Source: an uncultured Clostridia bacterium (GTDB lineage Bacteria > Bacillota > Clostridia > Christensenellales > Borkfalkiaceae). From it: a stretch of 64,000 nucleotides of DNA. Positions 1 to 7,881 of the stretch are shown here, in pieces (position 1 is the first letter of the stretch; the number at the start of each line of letters is the position of its first letter). Made by a program: the position numbers and the translations under genes. Below the pieces are notes generated by a model, which was given only the letters and a program-made list of their open reading frames with translations, was not told the origin of the DNA and did no database searches. The DNA lies in NCBI GenBank assembly GCA_944372525.1, contig CALVZL010000005.1, positions 4,200 through 68,199 of the forward strand, in the 5' to 3' direction.

Positions 1-1687
1 CCGAAGCGCTCGCTTTCTTGAGTTCTTCTTCCGCGGCCGCCTCATTTACCGCGCGAATGGAATAATAGATCTTCAGTTTCGGCTCCGTTCCGGACGGACG
101 CACGCAGATGAAAGACCCCTTCTCCAATTCGTAATAGACGCAGTTGCATTTGGGAATATCGATCTCCGATACGCTTCCGTCCGCCGCTCTGCGCACAGAC
201 GCCGAATAATCCCGCACAGCTACGACAGGGAAGGATCCGAACCGCTCGACCCTGACCGTCTTCAACGCATCGACGACGGCATTCATCTCCTTCATTGCAT
301 TCAAACCGGAATACTGGATCGAGACGTTCTTATCCAGGACATAGCCGTATTTTTGATAGATCTCCATGAGCCGCCCGTATACGCTCTTTCCGATATAAGT
401 ATAATAACAAACCATTTCGGCGCAGAGCATGGAAGCAACCACGGCATCCTTGTCCCGCGCATGTGTGCCGCGCAGATATCCGCAGGACTCCTCAAATCCG
501 AAGACGTAAGTATATTTTCCGTCTGCTTCCCACTGTTTGATCTTCTCGCCGATAAACTTAAACCCGACGGGCGTTTCGAAAAGCGCGACGCCGAACTCAT
601 CGCAGATCGCCTTTGCCATTCCCGTAGTCACAAACGATTTGACGACGGCTGCGTTTGCGGGAAGGGCGTTTTCTTCTTTCAGACGGGTAAGAATGTAATC
701 CAACAGCAGGATTCCCACCTGATTCCCCGAGAGCGCGACAAATTCTCCTTCGTCGTTTTTCAGTGCAACGCCGAGACGGTCGGAGTCGGGATCGGTACCG
801 AACACGACGTCCGCCTGAATGGTCTTGGCGAGCGCAATGCCCATGGACAGCGTTTCTTTGAACTCGGGATTGGGAACTGCGACCGTCGAAAACTCAGGAT
901 CTTTCGTCGTCTGTTCTTCGACGACGGTCACGTTGATGCCGAGCTGCTTGAGAATCCGCATGACAGGAACATAGCCGGAGCCGTGCACGGGTGTATAGAC
1001 GAGCTTGAGATCCTTCCCGCAGCGCTCAACCGCTTCTTTGGAAAGCGTGAGTTTCTGCAATTCCGCAATATAGGTATCGTCGACTTCCTTGGGAACGGAA
1101 CGGATGAGCGGACTCTCTTCTTCGCCGGTGACGGACAGATAATCTGTGATCTCCTTAATATATCCGACCACGATCTCCGTCGCCTCGGGAGACATCTGGG
1201 CGCCGTCTTCCCCATAGACTTTATAGCCGTTGTATTCTTTGGGATTATGAGAAGCCGTGACCATAATGCCCGCGATCGTATGCAAATATCTCACGGCATA
1301 AGAGAGCATCGGAACGGGATGCACGTCGTCGAACAGCCATGCCTTGATCCCGTTTTTCGCCAAGACCGCCGCCGCTTTTTCCGCAAACAGACGGCTGTTC
1401 CGCCGCGTATCGTAAGAAATGACGACACCCCTCGCCTGCTGCTCTTCCGGAAGCGTCTTGATATAACGGGACAGACCCTGCGTCGCGCGCATGACCGTGA
1501 AAATATTCATCATGTTCATGCCGCAGCCGATGATACCGCGCATCCCAGCCGTTCCGAACTCCAGTTCTCCCCCGAAACGGTACTCTTTTTCTTTTTCGTC
1601 CGAAGCGATTCCTTCCAGTTCGCGCTTGTACTCGGCGGGCAGCCGCGGATCGCGAAGCCAGTTCTCATAATTTTTCCTGTAATCCAT
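1..1687 (-). CDS. phosphoglucomutase/phosphomannomutase family (alpha-D-phosphohexomutase); C-terminus runs off the window start
   Basis: Absent from the ORF track because there is no stop in the window. Manual reverse-complement translation from the ATG at 1687-1685 gives MDYRKNYENW.... The active-site loop GIMVTASHNPKEYNGYKVY lies near 1240-1262 and RPSGTEPKLKIYY near 65-105. The + strand ORF 353-1702 is its antisense shadow. Confidence 0.85.
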   Translation of the reverse strand, partial: MDYRKNYENWLRDPRLPAEYKRELEGIASDEKEKEYRFGGELEFGTAGMRGIIGCGMNMMNIFTVMRATQGLSRYIKTLPEEQQARGVVISYDTRRNSRLFAEKAAAVLAKNGIKAWLFDDVHPVPMLSYAVRYLHTIAGIMVTASHNPKEYNGYKVYGEDGAQMSPEATEIVVGYIKEITDYLSVTGEEESPLIRSVPKEVDDTYIAELQKLTLSKEAVERCGKDLKLVYTPVHGSGYVPVMRILKQLGINVTVVEEQTTKDPEFSTVAVPNPEFKETLSMGIALAKTIQADVVFGTDPDSDRLGVALKNDEGEFVALSGNQVGILLLDYILTRLKEENALPANAAVVKSFVTTGMAKAICDEFGVALFETPVGFKFIGEKIKQWEADGKYTYVFGFEESCGYLRGTHARDKDAVVASMLCAEMVCYYTYIGKSVYGRLMEIYQKYGYVLDKNVSIQYSGLNAMKEMNAVVDALKTVRVERFGSFPVVAVRDYSASVRRAADGSVSEIDIPKCNCVYYELEKGSFICVRPSGTEPKLKIYYSIRAVNEAAAEEELKKASAS

Positions 1688-1762
1688 TTCCGAACTCCTT
1701 GACTTTTATTGCCCGCGGCGCATGCGCCGCTTGCTTTCCCCTGATACCGAAGACCGTCCTCC

Positions 1763-2782
1763 TCAGACGCCGGCAGGTCCTCCCTTTCCCGACTCCGTTC
1801 CCGCCTGTTCCGCCTGCTTTGCAATCTCTTCCAGCTCGTCCTGCTCCGCCACGTTTTCTCCGCCGACAATTTCATGCGCGGACAAATAGTACTTCATCCC
1901 GTGTTCCTCGAAATAATATACAAACTGCAGGCACAGCAAAAAAAGATAACTTGCGGGCACGGTAAGAAGCAACATGCTTCCGAATGTCATCAACCCGCAC
2001 GCGATATTGACGAGCAGAATCGAATAAATCGCGACGAGATAGCTGGAATATCTTCCCGCAACGCCGCGTACCGCGCAAAAACTCTCCTTCATACTCTTCC
2101 CCGCGCCGTTTCCCGCGATCATTGCCGGAATCCAGCCGGAAACCAAGGTCATTTTCAGCGCCTGCATACAGATGCACATCGTGACGGAAACAGAAAGCCC
2201 CAGCACGATCGTCACGAAGTTGTAGGAAGAAAACAGAGAAGGCGTATAGAAGAAAAAGAACCAGCACGCACCCAGCGTGAGCAGATCGTAGACAAAGGAA
2301 AGCGGCACATAGATGATCTGATAGAGCATTGCCTTTCCGAGATTTTTGAAATAAGCCGCAGAAAAATGCGTGCGTCCGTAAAACGCCATACGGTCATAAA
2401 AGATGTTTCCCATGGAAAAGATGCCGACCCCTTTGAGAAACCGCGAAAGCAGATAAACCAAGACGACGCCGACGACCGACCCTACGATCGAGCCGATGTT
2501 TGAGGCAAGCAGCGTGACAACCGCCTTGATCGCCTCCAGGAAGGTCTCCCGGAAGGATTCCAGCACCGCCGTCCTTCCCGCAAAGAGCGCCTCGAAAAAT
2601 TCACCGAGAAGGGAAAAGATATTTTTGACTTCCGCGCTGCGAAAAATTTCGCTCAATCCGAGATTGAGCACAACATAGGAAAGTCCGATGAAAAACCCGT
2701 CCAATACAATCCGATAGAGCAACAGCTTATAGACGGATGAAAAGTTGTCTGTCAAAAGCCGAAAGGCGCGTTTGAATTTCAT
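1763..2782 (-). CDS. polytopic membrane protein, unknown function, acidic C-terminal tail
   Basis: 339-aa ORF with multiple long hydrophobic segments. It directly abuts the upstream membrane-protein gene (2783). No family recognised. Confidence 0.6.
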   Translation of the reverse strand: MKFKRAFRLLTDNFSSVYKLLLYRIVLDGFFIGLSYVVLNLGLSEIFRSAEVKNIFSLLGEFFEALFAGRTAVLESFRETFLEAIKAVVTLLASNIGSIVGSVVGVVLVYLLSRFLKGVGIFSMGNIFYDRMAFYGRTHFSAAYFKNLGKAMLYQIIYVPLSFVYDLLTLGACWFFFFYTPSLFSSYNFVTIVLGLSVSVTMCICMQALKMTLVSGWIPAMIAGNGAGKSMKESFCAVRGVAGRYSSYLVAIYSILLVNIACGLMTFGSMLLLTVPASYLFLLCLQFVYYFEEHGMKYYLSAHEIVGGENVAEQDELEEIAKQAEQAGTESGKGGPAGV

Positions 2783-3604
2783 TTACAGCTCCTTATAACT
2801 GCGCAAAAGGTCTTCTCGGTCCAGCTTATCCACACGGAAATAGAGCGTCACCATGCGGATGCTGAAGCTGAGAAGCAAGAACACGAGGAATACAAACGCA
2901 ATGATGACGGCGACGGGCGCAGACAAGAACGAGATTCCCCAAAAGACACAGACGGTCGGAACCAGGGATACGAGAAAAGAAAGCATGAGCTGCCTTCTCA
3001 CTCCGATAACCAGCCGATAGGAACAAAGGAAGGCGTCGTACATGCGGAATCCCGTAATCTGCATACAGGGCAACACGAGATAGAGCGCCGACGCAAGATA
3101 GATGAGGAGCGCAAAAAAGAGAAGAATGAGCACGATAGAGAGAAGACAAACCGCCACGCCGGACGGGATCGAAGACAGCGAATAGAGCATCGCAGAAAGG
3201 AGAAGCGCCCAGATCTCATAGAGAACAAAATAAACGAACAGGACCTCAAAAACCACGAGACTCTTATTGCCGAACCCGGAAAATACGCCGCTGAGCGTCC
3301 GCTTTCCGATGCGCATATGCTTCTCCGCAAAGGCAAGAAGCGCGGTCATAAAGACGATGAGACAGACGATCGTGCAAATGCTGTAGATCACTCCGAGCGC
3401 CGAATCCATCCGAAACAGGCTCCACGCGTTATAGATTTCGCTGAAACGATGGACGGGCGCGCCGCAAAATAACCCCCGCAAAAAGATCTCTATCGCCGAA
3501 AAATCCATGGAAAGCGAGAGAAAGAACGCAGGAACGACCGCAAAGGGCAACACAAACCACAGATTTTTAATGATATATTTCCAATGTTCGAAAATTACCT
3601 GCAT
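2783..3604 (-). CDS. polytopic membrane protein, unknown function
   Basis: 273-aa ORF with about 6-7 hydrophobic helices. First gene behind the promoter at 3661-3689. No family recognised. Confidence 0.6.
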   Translation of the reverse strand: MQVIFEHWKYIIKNLWFVLPFAVVPAFFLSLSMDFSAIEIFLRGLFCGAPVHRFSEIYNAWSLFRMDSALGVIYSICTIVCLIVFMTALLAFAEKHMRIGKRTLSGVFSGFGNKSLVVFEVLFVYFVLYEIWALLLSAMLYSLSSIPSGVAVCLLSIVLILLFFALLIYLASALYLVLPCMQITGFRMYDAFLCSYRLVIGVRRQLMLSFLVSLVPTVCVFWGISFLSAPVAVIIAFVFLVFLLLSFSIRMVTLYFRVDKLDREDLLRSYKEL

Positions 3605-3660
3605 TCATTCCCCCTGCACACAACGCATTTTCAGACAGTTTTCTTATCCCCGTCTCCTGT

Positions 3661-3689
3661 ATTATATACCAAATCGAGCGCGGTGTAAA
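3661..3689 (-). promoter_or_regulatory. sigma-70-type promoter for the two membrane-protein genes
   Basis: On the minus strand: TTTACA (3689-3684), 17-nt spacer, TATAAT (3666-3661), about 55 nt upstream of the ATG at 3604. Confidence 0.45.
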
Positions 3690-3775
3690 GAGTTTTCCCG
3701 AAAAAAATTTTATCTCGGGAAGCCTGCGGCGCGCGCAAAACGGCCGAACTGCGCTCTTTTCGCCCTGTATCCGAC

Positions 3776-3803
3776 AAAAAAAACCGGCGAAAGAATTCGC
3801 CGG
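3776..3803 (-). terminator. intrinsic terminator after nagA
   Basis: 8-bp stem ccggcgaa/ttcgccgg (3784-3791 and 3796-3803) with a 4-nt loop. On the minus strand it is followed by a T8 run (complement of the A run 3776-3783). It starts 15 nt after the nagA stop. Confidence 0.6.
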
Positions 3804-3817
3804 CGCATGCGCACATC

Positions 3818-4957
3818 TCAGCTCGCGCGATATATGAGTTTTCCGTCCCGCACGGTATAAAGAACATCGTAATTTTTCCCCAGCACCGTAAAATCCGCCG
3901 CCTTTCCTTTGGCAATGCTCCCCGTCTCCGCATCGATCTTCAACGCGCGGGCGGGATTGATCGTCGCGCTCTCCAACGCGCGTTCCACGGGCATTCCGAT
4001 CTTTTCCGCTGCGTTCTGCACCGCACGGTTCATCTTGAGAACGCTTCCGGCAAGCGTGCCGTCTGCCAAACGAGCCTGACCGTCTCGTACAAAGACGCGT
4101 TGTCCGCCCAATTCGCTCTCCCCGTCTTTCAAGCCTTTCGCCCGCATTGCATCGGTGATGAGAATGAGCCCTTCCCTTCCCTTGCATTTGCAGAGCAACC
4201 GCATTGCGGGAATCCCGACGTGAATGCCGTCCGCGATGAGTTCACAGACGAGCGAATCGTACAAAAGAGCGGCACCCGCCGTGCCGATTTCCCGATGACG
4301 AAACGGACTCTGCGCATTAAATGTATGCGTGACGTGCGTCGCGCCCGCCGCAATCGCACGGACGATATCTTCGTTGCCCGCCGCCGTATGCCCGAGGGAA
4401 ACGATCACTCCGCGCTCACGAAGATGCGCGATCAGATCTTCCGCCCCCTCTCGTTCCGGCGCAAGGGTCACGATCCGAATGCTGTTCCCGCTTGCCGCAT
4501 CGAATTCGTCGAAAAGCTCTGCCGAAGGTTCGGCAAGATAGGCCGCAGATTGCGCGCCTTTGTATGCCTCCGCAATAAACGGACCCTCGAGGTGGACGCC
4601 GCACAACCTCGCGCCCTCCCGCGGAGCACGGCAGCGATACTCCCGCACCGCGCGCAGCGCGGCGAGGATCGCCTCTTTGCTCTGCGTCATCGTCGTGGCG
4701 AGAAAGCTCGTCGTTCCCTCCGCCGCAAGCGTCTTCGCGATCGTACCGAGCGCCTCCGCGCTTCCGTCCATCGCGTCCGCTCCTCCCGCGCCGTGAATGT
4801 GCTCGTCGATAAATCCGGGACAGATCAACGCCTCTTCGGGAAGCGGGAGGATCTCCCCCTCCGCCTCTCCGACGGACAGGATTTTCTCTTCGAAAGTCAG
4901 ATCGCAGCGCCGGATCTTCCCTTCAAGAAAGACGCGCGCCCCCGAAAAAGATCTCAT
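3818..4957 (-). CDS. nagA: N-acetylglucosamine-6-phosphate deacetylase
   Basis: 379 aa. Metal-binding motif GFIDEHIHGAGGADAMDGS, plus LGHTAAG and HVTHTFNAQ, as in NagA amidohydrolases. Confidence 0.9.
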   Translation of the reverse strand: MRSFSGARVFLEGKIRRCDLTFEEKILSVGEAEGEILPLPEEALICPGFIDEHIHGAGGADAMDGSAEALGTIAKTLAAEGTTSFLATTMTQSKEAILAALRAVREYRCRAPREGARLCGVHLEGPFIAEAYKGAQSAAYLAEPSAELFDEFDAASGNSIRIVTLAPEREGAEDLIAHLRERGVIVSLGHTAAGNEDIVRAIAAGATHVTHTFNAQSPFRHREIGTAGAALLYDSLVCELIADGIHVGIPAMRLLCKCKGREGLILITDAMRAKGLKDGESELGGQRVFVRDGQARLADGTLAGSVLKMNRAVQNAAEKIGMPVERALESATINPARALKIDAETGSIAKGKAADFTVLGKNYDVLYTVRDGKLIYRAS

Positions 4958-4970
4958 TTCTCTCCCTCCT

Positions 4971-5696
4971 TCACGAAAGCAGAGAAGCTGCGTCCTCGTC
5001 GACGATCAGCGTGCAATCCGGATGCATCCGCAAAACGCTCGCGGGAAGCCGTTCGGTGATTTCTCCCTCCACCAAACCGCGTACCGCCTTTGCCTTGTTG
5101 GCACCGTTCGCCAAAACGAGAATTTTTTCCGCGTTCATGATGTTTTTCAATCCCATCGTAAACGCCCGCCGCGGGACATCTTCCTCCCGTTCAAACAGGC
5201 GGGAATTGTCTCTGATCGTGCTCTCCGCCAGTTCGACGACATGCGTCTCGCTGGAAAAGGGCGTACCCGGCTCGTTGAATGCGATATGTCCGTTGGAGCC
5301 GATCCCGAGCAGCTGAATGTCCTGCCGCAAATCGGAAAGCAGGGCGTTATACCGCGCGCACTCCGCCTCCGTGTCACCGGCAAGCCCGTTCTCGATGTGA
5401 GTGTTTTCCGGCGGAATGCCGATTCCGTCGAACAGATTCTTTTTCATGAAATAGGCGTAGCTCTGATCGTTTTCCGGACCCAGACCGGCATATTCGTCGA
5501 GATTGACCGTTCTGATCTTTTGATAGCTCGTCCCTTCCCGTTCGTGATCTTTCACCATCTTTTGGTAAAGACCAAGCGGCGTGGATCCCGTGGCAAGTCC
5601 GAGGACCGCCTGCGGATTGTTTTGTACCACAGCCTTCATGATCTCGAACGCCCTTTCGCTCAGTTCTTCATAATCTTTTGCGACAATTACTTTCAT
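4971..5696 (-). CDS. nagB: glucosamine-6-phosphate deaminase
   Basis: Motifs LGLATGSTPLGLY and LGIGSNGHIAFNEPG. The start is moved to MKVIVAKDYEE (ATG 5696-5694), which has a GGAAAGG RBS. The ORF-track start at 5738 adds 14 unlikely residues. Confidence 0.9.
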   Translation of the reverse strand: MKVIVAKDYEELSERAFEIMKAVVQNNPQAVLGLATGSTPLGLYQKMVKDHEREGTSYQKIRTVNLDEYAGLGPENDQSYAYFMKKNLFDGIGIPPENTHIENGLAGDTEAECARYNALLSDLRQDIQLLGIGSNGHIAFNEPGTPFSSETHVVELAESTIRDNSRLFEREEDVPRRAFTMGLKNIMNAEKILVLANGANKAKAVRGLVEGEITERLPASVLRMHPDCTLIVDEDAASLLS

Positions 5697-5734
5697 AACC
5701 CTTTCCTGCCGTTGCTCCCGCAGGAGACAAACGG

Positions 5735-7009
5735 TCATTCCTTTTTTCCGTGTACGGCGATGCGCGCCCCGCCCTTCAAACGGGATTCCTCGGCACAGAT
5801 CGCCATAAGGTGACTTTCGACGGAAGCCTCCAGCGAGGTTTCCGCCGAGATCTCTCCGCAGAGCACGCGATAGAGGGTTTCCACCAGCCCGACGTCTCCC
5901 CCGCCATGTCCGTATCCGCCGATCCCCAAGGAAGAAATCGAGATGCGCTCCGCCTGCGCCCCGAAGGGCTTGACAAGGATTTCATCTTTTTCCTCGTTCA
6001 GAACGATCTCCCCGTCTGTCCCGAAGAACGTCATGATGCGTCCTCCGTTTGCGGTAAACGCCGTCATGACAAGCGTCGCCTTCACGCCGTTTTCAAAGAC
6101 CATCTGCGTGAGCTGATGATCGACGACGTCGTTGTCACAGAAAAAGACGCATCGCCCGTACGGTCCGTTTGCAAGCGCTTCTTCGAGCGCCGCCCGCGTA
6201 AGCGGGCAAACATTCGTGACCTGCGTATAGGGCCAAGCCCGCTCGGGCTTTCCTTCCTCTTCCCAGCGGTCGAGGTAAATACGTTCTGCGCTGTAAGGGC
6301 AAGTCCGCCGAAAGGCGCACTCCGTGCAGCGGCGCGCACAGCCTTCGGGCGCATTGTCGGCAAGGAAATACGTAAGATCTCCGACCGAAGTCAGACTCTC
6401 GCACCGAGAACGCGCATAAAATTGCAGCAGATCGAGATCGTGACAACACTTCGCCAAAATCATGGGCGCCGTCTCCTCCTCTCTCCGCCAATTTCCGCGC
6501 ACATAGCTGTGCGCCTGATGCCAGTAGGCGACCTGCTCCAGCGCCTGGATCGCGACAAGCCGTCCGATCCTCTTCTGCGCAAGCAGCTCGGAAACCTTGA
6601 CGAAGGCCGGCGCATAGCGAAGGACATGGCAGACGAATACCTGCCTGCCCGACGCCTTTTGCGCCGCCAAAAGCTTCTCACAGGACTTTCGGTCCGAAGC
6701 GATGGGCTTTTCCAGCAGAACGTCGTAACCGAGCGCAAGCCCCGCAAGACACTGATGCACATGATCGCGATCCATCGTGGCGATCACGAGCAGGTCCGCC
6801 CGCTTTTCCCGCAAAAAGCTCTCCTCGTCGCCGAAACGGTTTTCGGTGGGAACGCCGAACCGCTCCCCGTATTTTTTCAGTCGGACGGGATCGCTGTCGC
6901 ACAGCGCGGCAACAGAAAACTTACCGTCCGATTGCGCAAACAGCGCCCCGTATGTCTCAGCTCCTCGGTTTCCGCATCCGATGATTGCGGCAGAAAACAC
7001 TTTTCCCAT
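5735..7009 (-). CDS. Gfo/Idh/MocA-family NAD(P)-dependent oxidoreductase with a Cys-rich insert
   Basis: Rossmann N-terminus MGKVFSAAIIGCGNRGAETYG and an EKP motif (LLEKPIA). The ATG at 7009 has a GAAGGAG RBS and overlaps the nanE stop by 1 nt (TAATG). The track start at 7027 is a TTG. Confidence 0.8.
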   Translation of the reverse strand: MGKVFSAAIIGCGNRGAETYGALFAQSDGKFSVAALCDSDPVRLKKYGERFGVPTENRFGDEESFLREKRADLLVIATMDRDHVHQCLAGLALGYDVLLEKPIASDRKSCEKLLAAQKASGRQVFVCHVLRYAPAFVKVSELLAQKRIGRLVAIQALEQVAYWHQAHSYVRGNWRREEETAPMILAKCCHDLDLLQFYARSRCESLTSVGDLTYFLADNAPEGCARRCTECAFRRTCPYSAERIYLDRWEEEGKPERAWPYTQVTNVCPLTRAALEEALANGPYGRCVFFCDNDVVDHQLTQMVFENGVKATLVMTAFTANGGRIMTFFGTDGEIVLNEEKDEILVKPFGAQAERISISSLGIGGYGHGGGDVGLVETLYRVLCGEISAETSLEASVESHLMAICAEESRLKGGARIAVHGKKE

Positions 7010-7797
7010 TATGCCCGCTCCTTCCAAGCCTGCGCTTGTCTCCCTTCCGCTCCGTAGAGGCTATTGATCGTCCCGTTTTCAAACGAAGCGCCGGATACAA
7101 GGTCAAACACCTTTACGTAATCGCGTGTAATATTCTGCGGACGGGTGATCGCGCCGCCGATGATGACGTGAGAAATCCCGAGCCCGAGAATCGCCTGCAA
7201 TTCGGAAAACGTGTGGATCCCGCCTTCTGCAATGATGACCGCGTTGCGGATATCGCGCTGGAGCTTTCTGCAAAACTCGATGTCCGGGATCACGATCCCC
7301 TTGGTCTGTTCCGTGTAACTGCGCATCGTGGTGGAGATGTAATCGAACCCGAGTTGCTCCGCTTCCAGCGCCTCCTCGTACGTCGCAATGTCCGCCATCA
7401 ATGCCTTATCCGTATGATCGCGCAAATAACGGACAAGCTCCTTCGTCGTGACTCCTCCCGGACGGGGGCGCATCGTCGCGTCCATGGCGATGACCGAGCA
7501 TTTGGAATGGATAAGCTTTTTTGCCTCCCGAAGTGTCGGCGTAATATAGACGGGAGAGTCGGGATAGCACCGCTTGATCAGTCCGATGATGGGGAGTTTT
7601 TGGGTCAAAACCCGATGGATCGCATTGATATCCCTCACCGTGTTTGCCCGGATCCCGACCGCACCGCCGCGTTCGGCGGCGATCGCCATTTTTGCGATGG
7701 TATTCCCGCCGTACAGCGGCTCTCCTTTCAGCGCCTGACATGATACGACCAATCCGCTCGGAATGATATCTTTCATATTATTTCCCTGCCTTTCCAT
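7009..7797 (-). CDS. nanE: N-acetylmannosamine-6-phosphate 2-epimerase
   Basis: 262 aa. LVVSCQALKGEPLYG and GAVGIRAN are typical of NanE TIM-barrel epimerases. An alternative start is MKDIIPS at 7776. Confidence 0.85.
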   Translation of the reverse strand: MERQGNNMKDIIPSGLVVSCQALKGEPLYGGNTIAKMAIAAERGGAVGIRANTVRDINAIHRVLTQKLPIIGLIKRCYPDSPVYITPTLREAKKLIHSKCSVIAMDATMRPRPGGVTTKELVRYLRDHTDKALMADIATYEEALEAEQLGFDYISTTMRSYTEQTKGIVIPDIEFCRKLQRDIRNAVIIAEGGIHTFSELQAILGLGISHVIIGGAITRPQNITRDYVKVFDLVSGASFENGTINSLYGAEGRQAQAWKERA

Positions 7798-7881
7798 AAT
7801 TCTCCGTTGCCCGACGGTTTATGCGTCTGCCCCTTTTGCAAAAAACACCGCTTGAACCGAACCTTTTCAATCGTCCTTTCT

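Noticed and set aside
353-1702. 449-aa + strand ORF, the longest ORF listed for the first 1.7 kb
   Set aside because: It is the antisense shadow of the minus-strand phosphohexomutase, which has clear TASHNP and RPSGTEPK motifs. Its translation is Arg/Gly/His-rich with no recognisable motif.
3818-7797. Canonical sialic-acid (nan) utilisation cluster
   Set aside because: NanE, NagA, NagB and a ROK kinase are present. However, no N-acetylneuraminate lyase, sialidase or sialate transporter is visible anywhere in the window, so I do not call it a nan cluster.
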